From the human T2T-CHM13v2.0 reference genome, Homo sapiens: a stretch of 64,000 nt of DNA. The stretch is from assembly GCF_009914755.1 (NCBI RefSeq), contig NC_060935.1; one strand, given 5' to 3'. The stretch's first letter is position 1, and every line of letters begins with the position of its first letter. The notes under the pieces were generated by a model. The model made no database searches. It was not told the origin of the DNA and saw only the letters and a program-made list of their open reading frames with translations. Shown in pieces: positions 1 through 12,369 of this stretch. Both the position numbers and the translations under genes were made by a program.

Positions 1-139
1 CTTAGTATAAAGTACTTATTTTTTCCTTACCATAGGTTTGTTAATTTTTTAAAACTTTTATGTTAACATTTGTTATTTCTGATCATAAATGTAATGCAAA
101 AAACGTTCCTGAAAACTGAAGTATAAAGTATTTGTTCCC

Positions 140-640
140 TTAAAGGTCAGGGACAAGATAAAAATATGTGCTATCATTGCAATTGTTCAAAGAGTCCTGG
201 CTGATATAACCAGATAAGAAAAGAACGTTAATAATCTGAAGATACATGATTATCTACAATGGAACAATTATTAGAAATCATAGTTTCAGAAAGGTTGCCA
301 GATATAAAGCTAATATTCAAAAAATAAATTACTGGTCCCTTTTCAAAGACAAGTCAAAAACTTAAGAGAAAATAAGATCATTTCCTTTAGCAACAAAACT
401 GTAATGTGTCTGTAAATTAATCTATCAAGACCTTTATAGAGAAATTTATAAAACATGATGGACATAATAGAAAATATAAATATATGGAAAATTACACCAC
501 AATCAACATTATGACTTAGTATTATAAAGGTTTCAAAACTATCCTAATTAGTCAATAATTTGAAAATGACTTCAACAAAATTAACAATATATTTATAATA
601 TTAATAAGCTAACTTAAAATTTTATATAATAAATAATTGG
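140..640 (+). mobile_element. Old L1M (L1ME-like) ORF2 fragment, highly degraded
   Basis: A-rich; 'taaaggtcagggacaagataaaaatatgtgctatc...gtcctggctgatataaccagataagaaaagaa' resembles the L1 ORF2 RT-region consensus (recalled); boundaries approximate. Confidence 0.6.
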
Positions 641-944
641 AAATATTCACTTAAGTATATAACTTCAAAGCATGAGGTTCGATCAAAAGTGCAATCCTAA
701 AGAATTTTTGAACCCTCTCAACCCTATGTTATAGGAATGCTCTCTGACATTGGGAACTTCAGCCTGTTCCAACCTGTTTGCCTCCCAGATGCACCTTCAA
801 GACAAACTAATTATCTTGGGGAATTAGATAACAGCCTGATACTTTCATATTCCTGTTTCCAAATTTTGATCAATGTGCAAAATATATTTTTGCCACCACT
901 TATATAAATCTTAATATTATGGCCTAATGCAGACATGAAAGTGT

Positions 945-1170
945 AATGGATTCCTGAATACGACTGCTTATATTCAATCCTCACCACCATTACTTAGTGC
1001 TTGTGCCTTGGACAAATTACCTAACCACACTAGAACTTGTTATTCTTAATTATACTATGAAATTAATGATAGTATCCTCATAAGGGTGGTGGTGAGGATT
1101 CAATAAGATGATTCATACAAATAATTTAGTAAAGGGTCAGGCAGATGGTAAACACTTAATACATGTTAGA
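945..1170 (+). mobile_element. MIR SINE
   Basis: MIR core 'tgtgccttggacaaattacctaacc...ctcataagggtggtggtgaggattcaataagat...aacacttaatacatgttag'. Confidence 0.75.
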
Positions 1171-1589
1171 AATGATGGCAAAGAGAAGGAGAGTGGTGAT
1201 GATGATGAAAGTGATCATAATATTTGACTACTGAGTTGAGCAAATTCTTAGTGTAGGGCTATGTACCTCTTACTAGAGGTATGATACTTTGCACAGCGTA
1301 AGTCTAACAACAAATATATAACATTCATGAACTCACATTTGAACAAGAGTTGGATGTGTTTATGGACTTTATAATTCTTTATATAATGAATAATGTATAG
1401 CAATTTTATATACTTTATATAGATACAGCAGTAGTTTGGGATTGGAACTGTTGCTGATATACTTACTGATTAACTTACTGCTGATTTGGGAATTTTAAGA
1501 CTTGAAGGACACCATCAATGGTTCTTATATACAGAAAGGCTGAAAAAATGTGAAATTACATTTAGTAAAGGAATAGGAAAGTGAGAAGT

Positions 1590-1820
1590 GTCATTTATTA
1601 AAATTCTACTATGTGCAAGGTACTGGACTTGGACAATCTCATGTTTCAAATCACCTAATCTTCACAGTCTACTATTGTCTGTGAGGCAAATATGTTTATT
1701 AACCTCACATGGATGAGAAAATTAGACTGCAGATAAAGGTTTCAAACCTTCTGTAATATCATGTATATATTAAGGATATGGAGAAAAGATTCAACATCAG
1801 ATATCCACTGCAAAGGCAGA
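1590..1820 (-). mobile_element. MIR SINE
   Basis: 'catttattaaaattctactatgtgcaaggtactg...ggatgagaaaattagactgcaga' matches antisense MIR. Confidence 0.65.
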
Positions 1821-2094
1821 ACTGATCTCCTTCATTCCCCTACTTGAATTATTGCCTTCACCTAAAGAAGACAGAAACATGAAGAGTTAATAGCAGGTAG
1901 CTTCTCTTTAAGAAAGCTGCTTGTAAGTGACTTGATAATTTCCCAGTGAAAATGACATTTATCTTGGAAAAACGGGGTCCAAACCCAGTGACATTTTAAA
2001 GTTTGTAATTGGGTTCAAATGTGCGCATGTACAAAACTATGCCACCACAGAAAAAGCTGTCTTCTAAGGGTGCCAAGGAAGCGATTGATTAAAT

Positions 2095-2265
2095 TTGAGA
2101 TCCATGCTTGACTTAGGCAATTTGCCTAGTCTTTTGTAGTCACAGTGTTCCCATTTACAAAATAAGGGCTATTTAATTTAACAAATGATTATTAGGCTTG
2201 AAATAAGTAATAGAATAGGAAGTGCTGATAAACTCTTAAACATTATACAAATGACAGCTATTATG
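2095..2265 (+). mobile_element. MIR SINE fragment
   Basis: 'tgacttaggcaatttgcctagtc...cagtgttcccatttacaaaataaggg' MIR core. Confidence 0.55.
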
Positions 2266-4603
2266 ATCATATCAGCTCAAGACAGAACTAGAAGCTAAAA
2301 AATTCTTATGAAGATTAAGACCTACTACATTTATCAATCCAGTGAATGCTAAAATACCATCTTTTTATTGTAAACATTGCTCAGAAATTTCTATAATGTT
2401 GTTCTTTTTATTGATTTACTGTAAAAGCATGATCATCCTTGTGTCCTTATATTATCTGAAAAATTAATAATTACTTGTTTATAATTATATAGTTGATCAC
2501 AATACTGGTCAGTAATTATATAATATCTTCCTAAATTTTCTAAGCCTTACACAATTAAATATGCTTATTTCAAGACAGATTTGTAAAATATACTTCCTGC
2601 TGTGATACTGAAGCCCAGTAACACAAAGTAACTAACAGTGGAAAGTGAAGACTATTATATAATGATTTTGGTCACTATGAATTGGAAACAGAGATACCAT
2701 GGGGTAGGGAAGAGAAAAGGGAAGATGGATGGTAAAGAAAGACTGCACATGTTTTAAAAGAAACCTTAGAAGAGGAGAACAAAGAAGGAGGAAAAAAAAA
2801 AAGCCCTGGGGTCTTGGAAACACATCCCTGAATATATTCAGCATTAAGGAGCTGAGATGTGCATGAGAGGCTGATGAATTCCAGCCAGAATGGTCCGTTT
2901 CACCCAATTATCCTTCTCCATGGCATTATCATAGCTGCAACTAAAATTAGAAACAATGCTATGATTCATTCCAATGTAGGCAGGTAAACAATTTTACTTT
3001 AAACTTTTTTCTTTATAGAATTCCCAAGATATTTAGTATCTGTGGAATCTCAAGAATAGCAGCATATTTAAGAGTCTAAAGTTAAAAAGTATTTTAAAAA
3101 GTCTTCATTCTGATCTTGAACTTGTTTTTGAAGGGCAACAGAATTAACAAATTACAATAGGTGAATTTAAGAAAGGTTCATTTAGAATCTGAATATATAT
3201 AAAAATTTCTCAATAGATAGGTTTTGGTCATGTGAAGGTATGTGTGACCACCCGGGACGAGAGATGAAAGTACGAGTCAAATATAAAAGGAGCAGAAATG
3301 TTTTACCATTTCACAAAAATATGTCTTCAACAATTACTCAGGATTAGCATGTTCTATTGAAATTGTACTGTACTTTACACTGGTTTCTTGTATTTCCAAA
3401 TGTTTATTTTTGTGATTTAGTCTAGTGTTGACCAAATGAAGAAAAAAAAGTCTTAATAATCATGTCTAAAAAAATCTTAAATCTAAAGAAGACAAAACCA
3501 AATGTGATTATTTCATTAGTCCTTGAAACAATGTATTATTTTAGTATAGTTCATTCAGCTCCACAGATAATGCCCCTCACATACTAGACATTCAGTAATC
3601 GCAAGCTCTAAGAGAAAACTTTTTCTTGATAAAAATAAAGGCTACCCACAATCAAGTACTTGTAACACCTGCTTCTTTAGGACAATGGTACATGCTCATG
3701 AAGATTTTTTTATACAAAAATTACAATTTGAATTATTTTCTACCATAGGAAATATTCAAAAAGTCTTCCTGTTAGACATACAATATATGGCAAAAGATAG
3801 GTGAGGGATCGTCTCTGGGAGGCAATGTAGGAATGACTGACAGAAGAATATAGATGACCTGACATTGTCCTTTCTTTCATTAAAAAAAAAATTAGTTTTT
3901 ATTTTTCTCCTAAAATCATTCGTGTCGACATGTATAATCTGCCTCACCATGCAATGTGTTTCTGTGTGGTTTCCTTCTTAGAACTTTTTCAATCTCTTTG
4001 AAATCCAAGAGAAAATTACAATTGCAGTATATAAAGGAGAATGGCTTCAGGTGTAAAAAAAAAAAAATTGAATAAAACTTTCAAACTCTCTGAAACATAA
4101 TAACCACATTTCCTCATTAAGTTTATGTCCTCTGTCTCACCTTCCCTCTTTCCCCATCCATACAAACACTACTCAGCCATGAAGATATTCTTATTTGCTG
4201 CCTCCCAGTGGAAAAGGCAAGTGAAGCTTTCTTTTTGAGGTCACAGAGGTGCTAAAAGCTAAACTCAGGCTCCAAACCCAAGATTTTAGCTCTAGAAACG
4301 GGGCCTTTAACCAGTATACAGAGCTTACTTTAAAAAAAAATGCAGATAAGGGCACTTTGCTTTTCTTTTTTAAACACATACTCTAAATGGTGGTTTAGAG
4401 TAGCTTTTTTGTATTAATAAATCATCTAAATGGTTCTGTTAATTAAAAATCTGAACGGCATTTGCTACCACTTAAATCTAACAAGTTTTATTTCTATCTA
4501 GTGAGGATTACAAAAGGTAAGCCTGTTTCAGAATTTTCATTTTATTTTCTTTTTAAATGGTAGACTAACATTTTTTCATTTTTCCCACCCCCAAGACCAT
4601 GGC

Positions 4604-4805
4604 AAAATCTGGTAAGAGAGTGGATTTTATGTGTTCTTACACCATCTCTCCCTCCAACACACTGTAACTATGGGCAGTGATGGATGTATTAATCAATTTG
4701 ACTATGGCAATCAATACACAGTGTCTACATATATCAAGTGACCATGTTTTATACCTTGAATATATACAATTTTTGTTTGTCAGTCCACTATTTTAAAATT
4801 AAAAA
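4604..4805 (+). mobile_element. L1MA/L1MB 3' end fragment
   Basis: 'taagagagtggattttatgtgttct...gtaactatgggcagtgatggatgtattaatcaatttgactatggcaatc...ataccttgaatatatacaattttt' is the typical L1MA 3' UTR. Confidence 0.8.
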
Positions 4806-6059
4806 GTGGACTAAACTAAATAGAGATTTATGGTGAGTTTTTGTGCGTTTCTTGTTTGTTTCACAGGCGGTATTTAACTAATTTGGCCAAAATAAAAATA
4901 TGTATTATAAAAATGTTAATAATACTACTGCTCTTACCACATAGTATTTATTTACTATTTTAAGCTTTTAAAATGTCTTTGATTTGTAGCAATCCCCAGA
5001 AGACACAGATGACCTCTTAGGAATGGATAAGGAGAGTGTCATCTTCATTTTATATGTAAGGGTATCAAGCTCCTAAAATTTTTGGTGAAATAATCAAGAT
5101 CACATTCCTAGTTTTATGATGGGATCTACACTAGAATTTATATGTTCTTAATCCCAGTCTAGTGTTCATTCTGCTATATTATGTCACTCTGAATGCTTTC
5201 ATAAAACTCAAAAGCAAAAGTAAAATGAGGTAAAATAAGCCCTGCATTATACCATACCAGTTCAAAGATGTCCCTTCAGTGATGATAATAACTGAGAAGA
5301 AACATAAATTCCAGAAATATTTCCCATATTAATCACATGCTAATTTTTAATACTGTAAATTAAATTACAAATAGTGTTACATAAACTCATAAAAATTAGA
5401 CCCCTAGGAGTAGCTTACACTCTTGACAAAAATACCTTGCACTATCTTGTACCTTTGTGAAAAAAAAAAACCCTCAAAAATATGGGAACATTTGTACAGT
5501 AACAAATGCTTACTTATAAAATGTTCATAAATACAGAACACGCAGCTCAGAAAAGATAAATAAAAGAAATCTCTTTCCTGTAACAGTAAAGCCGATGAAG
5601 AAGCACACAGAAATTTAAAAGAGCAAACCTTCTTCAGAAAATGGCAGTAATATAAATAATGTATAAGTGCTTTTCACAGATGAATGAGAACAGGAAAAAA
5701 GAATTAAAACATACTCTATGGTGGGACACAGTTATTTCAGCACAAGAAAATTTGGGTTTAAATGAGACATAAGGTTGATTTATTTCATTCTTTCAAATAG
5801 ACATTGTATTTTCATAAAGATTTGTAAAGACATGTTTAGGATTTATATACCAGAATGCCTATACATAATCAATGGAGCTAATTTGTATCATTTTAGATGG
5901 TTTGTTAGTACTTGTGTTTTAAGCATACATGTACATATTCTTTTACATTTAAATTTTATCCATTTATTGACTTCTTACTCTCATTCTTGGTCCCCTGCAC
6001 TAATTTTTCCATTGGTGAAATGTGCTTATTTTTGTTTGCTTTTTTGTAACATGGTAATT

Positions 6060-6330
6060 GAGAAAATGGATTTTGAGTAAGAAAACATAACTTCCAGCCA
6101 TATCTCTATTACTTATTAAGTCTGTGATCTTAAATAAATTATTTAACATCTCCAAATCTGAGTTTTTACCTCTTTAGAATGCCTATAATGAAACTCCCAT
6201 GTCTCAGCTGTTGTAAATATTAAAATGCATACTACATATAAAAAGTACCATGCCTAGTACGTAGTGAGTGGTCAATACATGTTAGCTATCACTAGGAGTA
6301 CGAACATTTACATACTGTTTGTTATCATTA
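6060..6330 (+). mobile_element. MIR SINE
   Basis: 'tgtgatcttaaataaattatttaacatctccaaatctgagttttt...gtagtgagtggtcaatacatgttagctat'. Confidence 0.7.
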
Positions 6331-6394
6331 TTGTGATCTTAAAGTCATATTGTTCTTGTTAGGAATTTGTTGAGATAAATTTGTTCACGGCTCA

Positions 6395-7075
6395 AACCTT
6401 TGTTGAGTATCTATTCTATATCAGGCATGAATCTAGATATTTTCTATAGACAGTTAAACAAATGAAATAAATAAGAAAATGCTTAACACTAATAAGTGCT
6501 ACAATGAAAATAAAGCATATGATATGACAGAGTACCCATGGAATTTCTTGATGTTGTGTAGTCTTAAATTTCTTTTTAATGGTGATATTTAAGCTAGACT
6601 TAACATTAAGAAGCCAGCTATATAAAGATATAGATATTGTGAACCAGGGGCAAGGGTAATAGGTAATCGAAAAGCTCCTTATTCTAGAATTATAACGATA
6701 TCAGTAAAAATAATAGTAATAATTATAGCTAACATGTATTGAATAATTACTTTGTGACTGGTACCTTGAACTCATTTAGTCCTCACAACAAAAACTCTAT
6801 GACATCGAGAGCATAATTTCATGGATAAAGAAATCAAAACCACAGAGGTTAAATATTTGCTGAAAATTACAGCAAATTTTGTTTTATGTTTTATGTAAAG
6901 AATTATGTTTTTACAGCTATGCTTTTAACCACTAAGTTATTCATTGTGCTGTCACTGATGATTTGGAGAATTGCGAAGGCCCATGTGGCAGGAGTGTACT
7001 GGGCTAGGAGAGAATGTTACACAATGAGATTAAAGAAGTAGGCAGGTACTTGCCAGGAAATTTATGATTAAAGTT
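6395..7075 (-). mobile_element. L2 fragment with nested antisense MIR (~6720-6940)
   Basis: 'tttgttgagtatctattctatatcaggc' is an L2 3' end; 'aacatgtattgaataattactttgtg...ggataaagaaatcaaaaccacagaggttaaat' is MIR. Confidence 0.55.
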
Positions 7076-7299
7076 AAAGCTCAATTGTAATAACACTCTT
7101 ATCCTAGTTTTCTCTCTCCTCCTTGGTTAATGTTTTTCAAATTTTAATTTAATTGCCTTATCTTTTTCTTTTGATTTTTCATAATAATCTCATAAGCTTT
7201 TTCTAAGTACCAAGTTTTATAAATTTAAAAACTACTAAAGTAGATAAAAAAATTATTTGGTCATATTATCACAATGATGTTGCCTTATTATTTGTACCT

Positions 7300-8881
7300 T
7301 CAGGTAGTATGAAGCTGGCAATTGGGCTGATTTAGAGGGTCCAAGAAAAATTGTTTACATTTTTGTGTCTGGGCAGACATGGCAGGAAGGCTGAGCACAG
7401 CTGGGGCTGTCAACAGGAGTACCTTTATGTGATCTCTCCAGCAAGAGTTCTCAGGGTAATTGGACTTTTTACAAGATGGGCCACAGCTCTAAGCAATTGT
7501 TTGGTGAACAAGTCGAAAGCTGCCTGGCTTTCTATGACCTAGCCTTGGAAGTGTTCCACTATACTCCAGTGGTCAAAGCAGTCACAAGCCTGCCCAGATC
7601 CAAAGGGAAGAAGTAGACAGATTCCAACTTTTTTTTTAACCTTTTATTTTAGGTTTGGGATACATGTGAAGATTTGTTACATAGGCAAACTAGTGTCACA
7701 GGGGTATGGAGTACAGATTGTTTCATCGCCCATCTATTAAGCCAAGTACCTAATAGTGATCTCTTCTGGTCCTCTCCTTCCTCCCACCTCCATCCTGAAG
7801 TAGAACCCAGTGTCTGTTGCTTCCTTCTTTGTGTTCTCATCATTTAGCTCGCACTTGTAAGTGAGAACATGCAGTATTTGGTTTTCTGTTCCTGTGTTAG
7901 TTTGCTAAGGATGATAGCCTCCAGCTCCATCCATGTTTCCACAAAAGACATGGTCTCATTCTTGTTTTAAGGCGCATAGTATTCCATGGGTATATGTACC
8001 ACATTTTCTTTATCCAATAAACCAAATTGATACGCATTTTGGTTTATTTCATGTCTTTGCTATCGTGAATAGTGCTTCAGAGAACATTCACATGCATGTG
8101 TCTTTATGGTAGAATGATTTATATTCCTCTGGGTATATACCCGGTAATGGGGTTGCTGGGTTGAATGAAATTTCTGCTTTTAACTCTTTGAAGAATCACC
8201 ATACTGCTTTCCACAATAGTTGAACTAATTTACATTCCCACCAACAGTGTATAAGTGTTCCCTTTTCTCCACGACCTCACCAGTATCTGTAATTTTTTGA
8301 CTTTTTAATAATAAGCCATTCTGACTGGTGTGAGATAGAATCTCATTGTGGTTTCATTTGCATTTATCTAATGATCAGTGATGTTGAGCTTCTTAAAATA
8401 TGCTTGTTGGCCCCATGTATGTCTCCTTTTGAGAAGTGTCTGCTCATGTCCTTTGTCTACCTTTTAATGATGTTGTTTGCTTTTCTCTTGTAAATTTCTT
8501 TAAGTTCCTTATAGATGCTAGATAACAGAGCTTTGTTAGATGGATAGTTTGCAAAAATTCTCTCATTCTGTAGATTGTCTGTTTACTCTGTTGATAGTTC
8601 CTTGTGCTGTGCAGAAGCTCTTAAGTTAAATCAGATCCCACTTGTCAATTTTTGCTTTTATTGGGATTACTTTTGGTGTCTTTGTCATGAAATCTTTGCC
8701 CATTTTCATGTCCAGGATGGCATTGCCTCAGTTGTCTTCCAGGATTTTTTTAGCTTGGGATTTTAAATTAAAGCCTCTGATCCATCTTGAGTAGATTTTT
8801 GTATATGGTGTAAGGAAGGAGTCCAGCTTCTTAATAGATGGAGTGACAAAGAATATGTGGCCATGTTTCAAAACCACTGCA
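7300..8881 (-). mobile_element. MLT1J/K-type MaLR LTR split by an L1 (pieces ~7300-7628 and ~8830-8881)
   Basis: 'tctatgacctagccttggaagt...ggtcaaagcagtcacaagcctgcccagatccaaaggg' resumes after the L1 with 'gagtgacaaagaatatgtggccatgttt'. Confidence 0.7.
7629..8830 (-). mobile_element. L1PA13-16-type LINE-1, 5'-truncated 3' end
   Basis: T-tail, then 'gatacatgtgaagatttgttacataggcaaac...gtgagaacatgcagtatttggttttctgttcc', then ORF2 C-terminal sequence. Confidence 0.92.
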
Positions 8882-10499
8882 ATGAGTTAATTTAAATTAA
8901 AATGAGATTTGAATAACTGTTCTCAGAATGTACTTAGAATCTTTGCAGTTAGTTGTCTGCAAGTATCAGCAGGCTAGCCAACCACCTCCATTCTCTGAAT
9001 TCTCCCTCATAAACCATGGTAAAATTAAACACTTTGAAATTATTTTAAAATATAGCTCTCAGATCAATTTATAGCATGCCCTGAATATGCATCTAATCTT
9101 TCTGAATATGACATGAAATTATCAAGTGTTCCTTCAAACACAGAAGTCTGTGTCATCATCTTTGGCACAGTTTGAAGAATGTACCTGAAGTCTTCAACAT
9201 CCATTGATTATTTGAAGATTCTATGTCTGTGTCAAGAAAATAGGCCATCTGCCATATATTGCCTGCTAGAACAATACTGTTCTTGCTCAGCAGCAAGAAC
9301 ATTCTCAGCTCCCAAAAATCTGGCCCAAAAGTCTTTGTATGGTGACATAAATCGTTCAATTCATGGGATTATCCCTTTGGTATTAAGACCAAAGGAGGCT
9401 TATTCTTTGCTAAATGTAAAAGAAATATATCAAATAATTTTCAGACACCAGAATATTCTGGAACACAAAGCAGGGGGAGTACAGCATGTATGTGAGGGGT
9501 CAAAATGAGGCTATTTTGGGCAGCCAATCAGTTGATATTGACTAAATAGAAGCGGTCATGGACTAGGAAACAAAAAAGTTTAAGGAACATAATAATCTTC
9601 TCAATATTAAGGAGAAGAAAAGAAAAAAAAACTAATAGAAAGTTAGTATTTACTACATATTCCTCACATGCCAACATTCATGATTAGTTTTCTACAGACA
9701 TATGGTGTATTAGTCAGGGTTCTGTAGAGGGACAGAATTAATAGGAGATATATATATCTCCTATATATATATAATTGCTTCTATTTAGTCAATATATATA
9801 TAAAGGGGAGTTTATTAAGTATTAACTCACACAATCAGAATGTCCCACAATAGGCTGTCTGTAAGCTGAGGAGCAAGGAGAGCCAGTCCAAGTCCCCAAA
9901 CTGAAGAACCTGGAGTCTGATATTCGAGGGCAGGAAGCATCCAGCACAGGAGAAAGATGTAGGCTGTGAGGTTAGGCCAGTCTCATCTTTTCACATTTTT
10001 CTGCCTGATTTATATTCTAGCAGCACTGGCAGCTGATTAGATGGTGCCCACTCAGATTAAGGGTGGGCCTGCCTTTTCCAGCCCACTGACTCAAATGTTA
10101 ATCTCCTTTGGCAATACCCTCACAGACACATCCAGGATCAATACTTGATATCCTTCAATCCAATCAAGTTGACACCTAGTGTTAACCATCACAAGTCTAC
10201 CCCTTGTCAACATGAACCCACACACATCTCCTGAGATCATACATAATCTTCAGAGAAAGACAATAATAAGGTCATAATTATGCCTAACATAATACAAGTA
10301 TTCTTTGTACAATCGGAAACTCAGCTATCCCCAATCCGAATACTATTTTATAAAGTTGACGATGCTTAAATGTTGATGTGAAGTCGATAAATGTTATGTC
10401 ACATGATGAAGGAAAAAGGAAATAAAATGAAGATATTTTCTTAGTACAAGTGATTACATGCACATTTTATTAACAAAAGAAGGAGGAAATACTCATGAC

Positions 10500-11035
10500 A
10501 GTTACAGTCCTCATTTCTGCAGCTGGTCACATGGTAGTAGCTGGTATTGATTACTACCTTCTTCTACTAACCATTCTGTATTCCCTTTGCCTTCAGCAAG
10601 TTCTTCAGCAGGTCATGGTCTTTTCCTGGTGGAGTGATTCAAACCTTCATTCCTGAAGGGTCTGGGCCATTTGGAGTCAGTCCTTCCTGGATTGGGCTGT
10701 TGTCATTTCCCATTGACCTTAATCACAGGGCATGGTAATACTAAGACATCCTAATTGATCTCCTGTATTCCATGCATAATCTTCCTTACCTCCATTGTGG
10801 AATAGTAGACCTATTTCATCTTGATAGACTGGTTCAAACACTCCAGCCAACACTGTAACTCCCTTCTTAGCCTGTTGACTTAAAGGTAGGAGGAGCCCAA
10901 AGTGTCTAGGTGACAATCTTAACCTCCAGTTTAATGGAATCATTGTTGTTTCTCCTGGTGGCAGCATTCCACCCTTTGGAACTAAGACCTCTAGGCCAGC
11001 AGAGCGTTAATGTCAAGGGAACGGGAAGCAAAAAT
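10500..11035 (-). pseudogene. dut: HERV-L pol C-terminus/dUTPase relic
   Basis: ORF 10719-10967 MLPPGETTMIPLNWRLRLSPRHFGLLLPLSQQAKKGVTVLAGVFEPVYQDEI matches the ERV-L dUTPase; frameshifted near 10740. Confidence 0.88.
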
Positions 11036-11200
11036 TTTGCCTCTCACAAGCGGTAAGTCAGGAGTGTCAAATGCATTTATTTTGCATAGCTCTCTAAACA
11101 GTTCATACCAAGGACTATCAGTGTTCTGCATACTCCTGGAAGAGGAGTCCTTAGCATTTTGGGGTTTAAGCATATTAAACAGCCAACTCCAGAAACCCCA
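11036..11200 (-). pseudogene. gag: HERV-L gag N-terminal relic
   Basis: KPQNAKDSSSRSMQNTDSPWYELFRELCKINAFDTPDLPLVRGK matches the recalled HERV-L Gag N-terminus. Confidence 0.85.
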
Positions 11201-11305
11201 AAATCAACAAAAGAACTCCATCCTTAATATTCTGTTCCTCTAGAACCACTCCTGCTACCAAAATCTGTATTAGTCAGGGTTCTCTAGAGGGACAGAACTA
11301 ATAGT

Positions 11306-11312
11306 ATGGATG

Positions 11313-11380
<68 letters not shown>

Positions 11381-11432
11381 TAGATAGATAGATAGATAGA
11401 TATAGATAGATGATAGATAGATAGATAGACAG
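11306..11432. repeat. (GATA)n tetranucleotide microsatellite inside the 5' MLT2A LTR
   Basis: Long tagatagataga run with a few interruptions, seen directly. Confidence 0.97.
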
Positions 11433-12369
11433 ATTGATTATTAACTCACACAATCACAAGGTCCCACAATAGGCTGCCTGCAAGCTGAAGAGCAAGGAGA
11501 GCCAGTCCAAGTCGTAAAACTGAAGAACTTGGAGTCCCATGTTCAAGGGCAGGAAGCATCCAGCATGAGAGAAAGATGTAGGCTGGGAGGCTAAGCCAGT
11601 CTAGTCTTTCTACATTTTTCTGTCTGCTTTATATTCTAGTGGCACTGGCAGCTGATTAGATGGTGCCTATGCAGGTTAAGGGTGGATCTGCCTTCCCAGC
11701 CCACTGACTCAAATGTTAATCTCCTTTGGCAACACCCTCACAGACACACCCAGGAACAATATTTTGTATTTTTAATCTGATCAAGTTAACACTCAATATT
11801 AACCATCACATATGGTGACCTATTAGGTGACTTTCATCATGTGTTTTAATAGAAAGAAAGTATGGAATTGCAACCTAATTTCTTCAAGGACTTCAAATTC
11901 TAGGTGAAAGTACCAAAATTTTACCTCAGGGTTGTCTGCTTCCTTAAACACTCCACCTACTTTGAAAATCCTATGCCATTTCAAGTCTTAAAAAACTAGT
12001 ATAATAAACAGTTTGGGCAAAATACTCTGGTAAAGAGCAGATTTTTCAGAAGGTAACAATTTAAATGTTCTTTAAAGGATGCTCAAGATTTTTCTAAGTA
12101 GGGAAAGAAGGGAGACATGTAGAAAGGAATTCTTGTAAGCAAACATCAGAGGTGTAAAGTTTGGTACCTTGCAGCATATGTTGTGTATCTAAATATAGCA
12201 ATAAGAAATCAGTCTGAAAAAGGCACAGGACATTTTGGGAAGTTGTCATGGTTTGGAATAAAATAGAATAAGTTGAAGCCATAGTCATATGTCATCTTGA
12301 ATGTTTGATACACAATCCATGTGAAGTTAAATTTTCCCCACCTAATTATTTATTCCTTGTTTCATTATC

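Larger units (their letters stand above)
9706..11810 (-). mobile_element. HERV-L provirus with two MLT2A LTRs (9706-10193, 11266-11810), large internal deletion
   Basis: Both LTRs run tgtattagtcagggttc...aaccatcaca; perfect 5-bp TSD tatgg (9701-9705, 11811-11815); Leu-type PBS (minus strand tggtagcaggagtggttc, ~11243-11260); PPT next to 10194. Confidence 0.95.
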
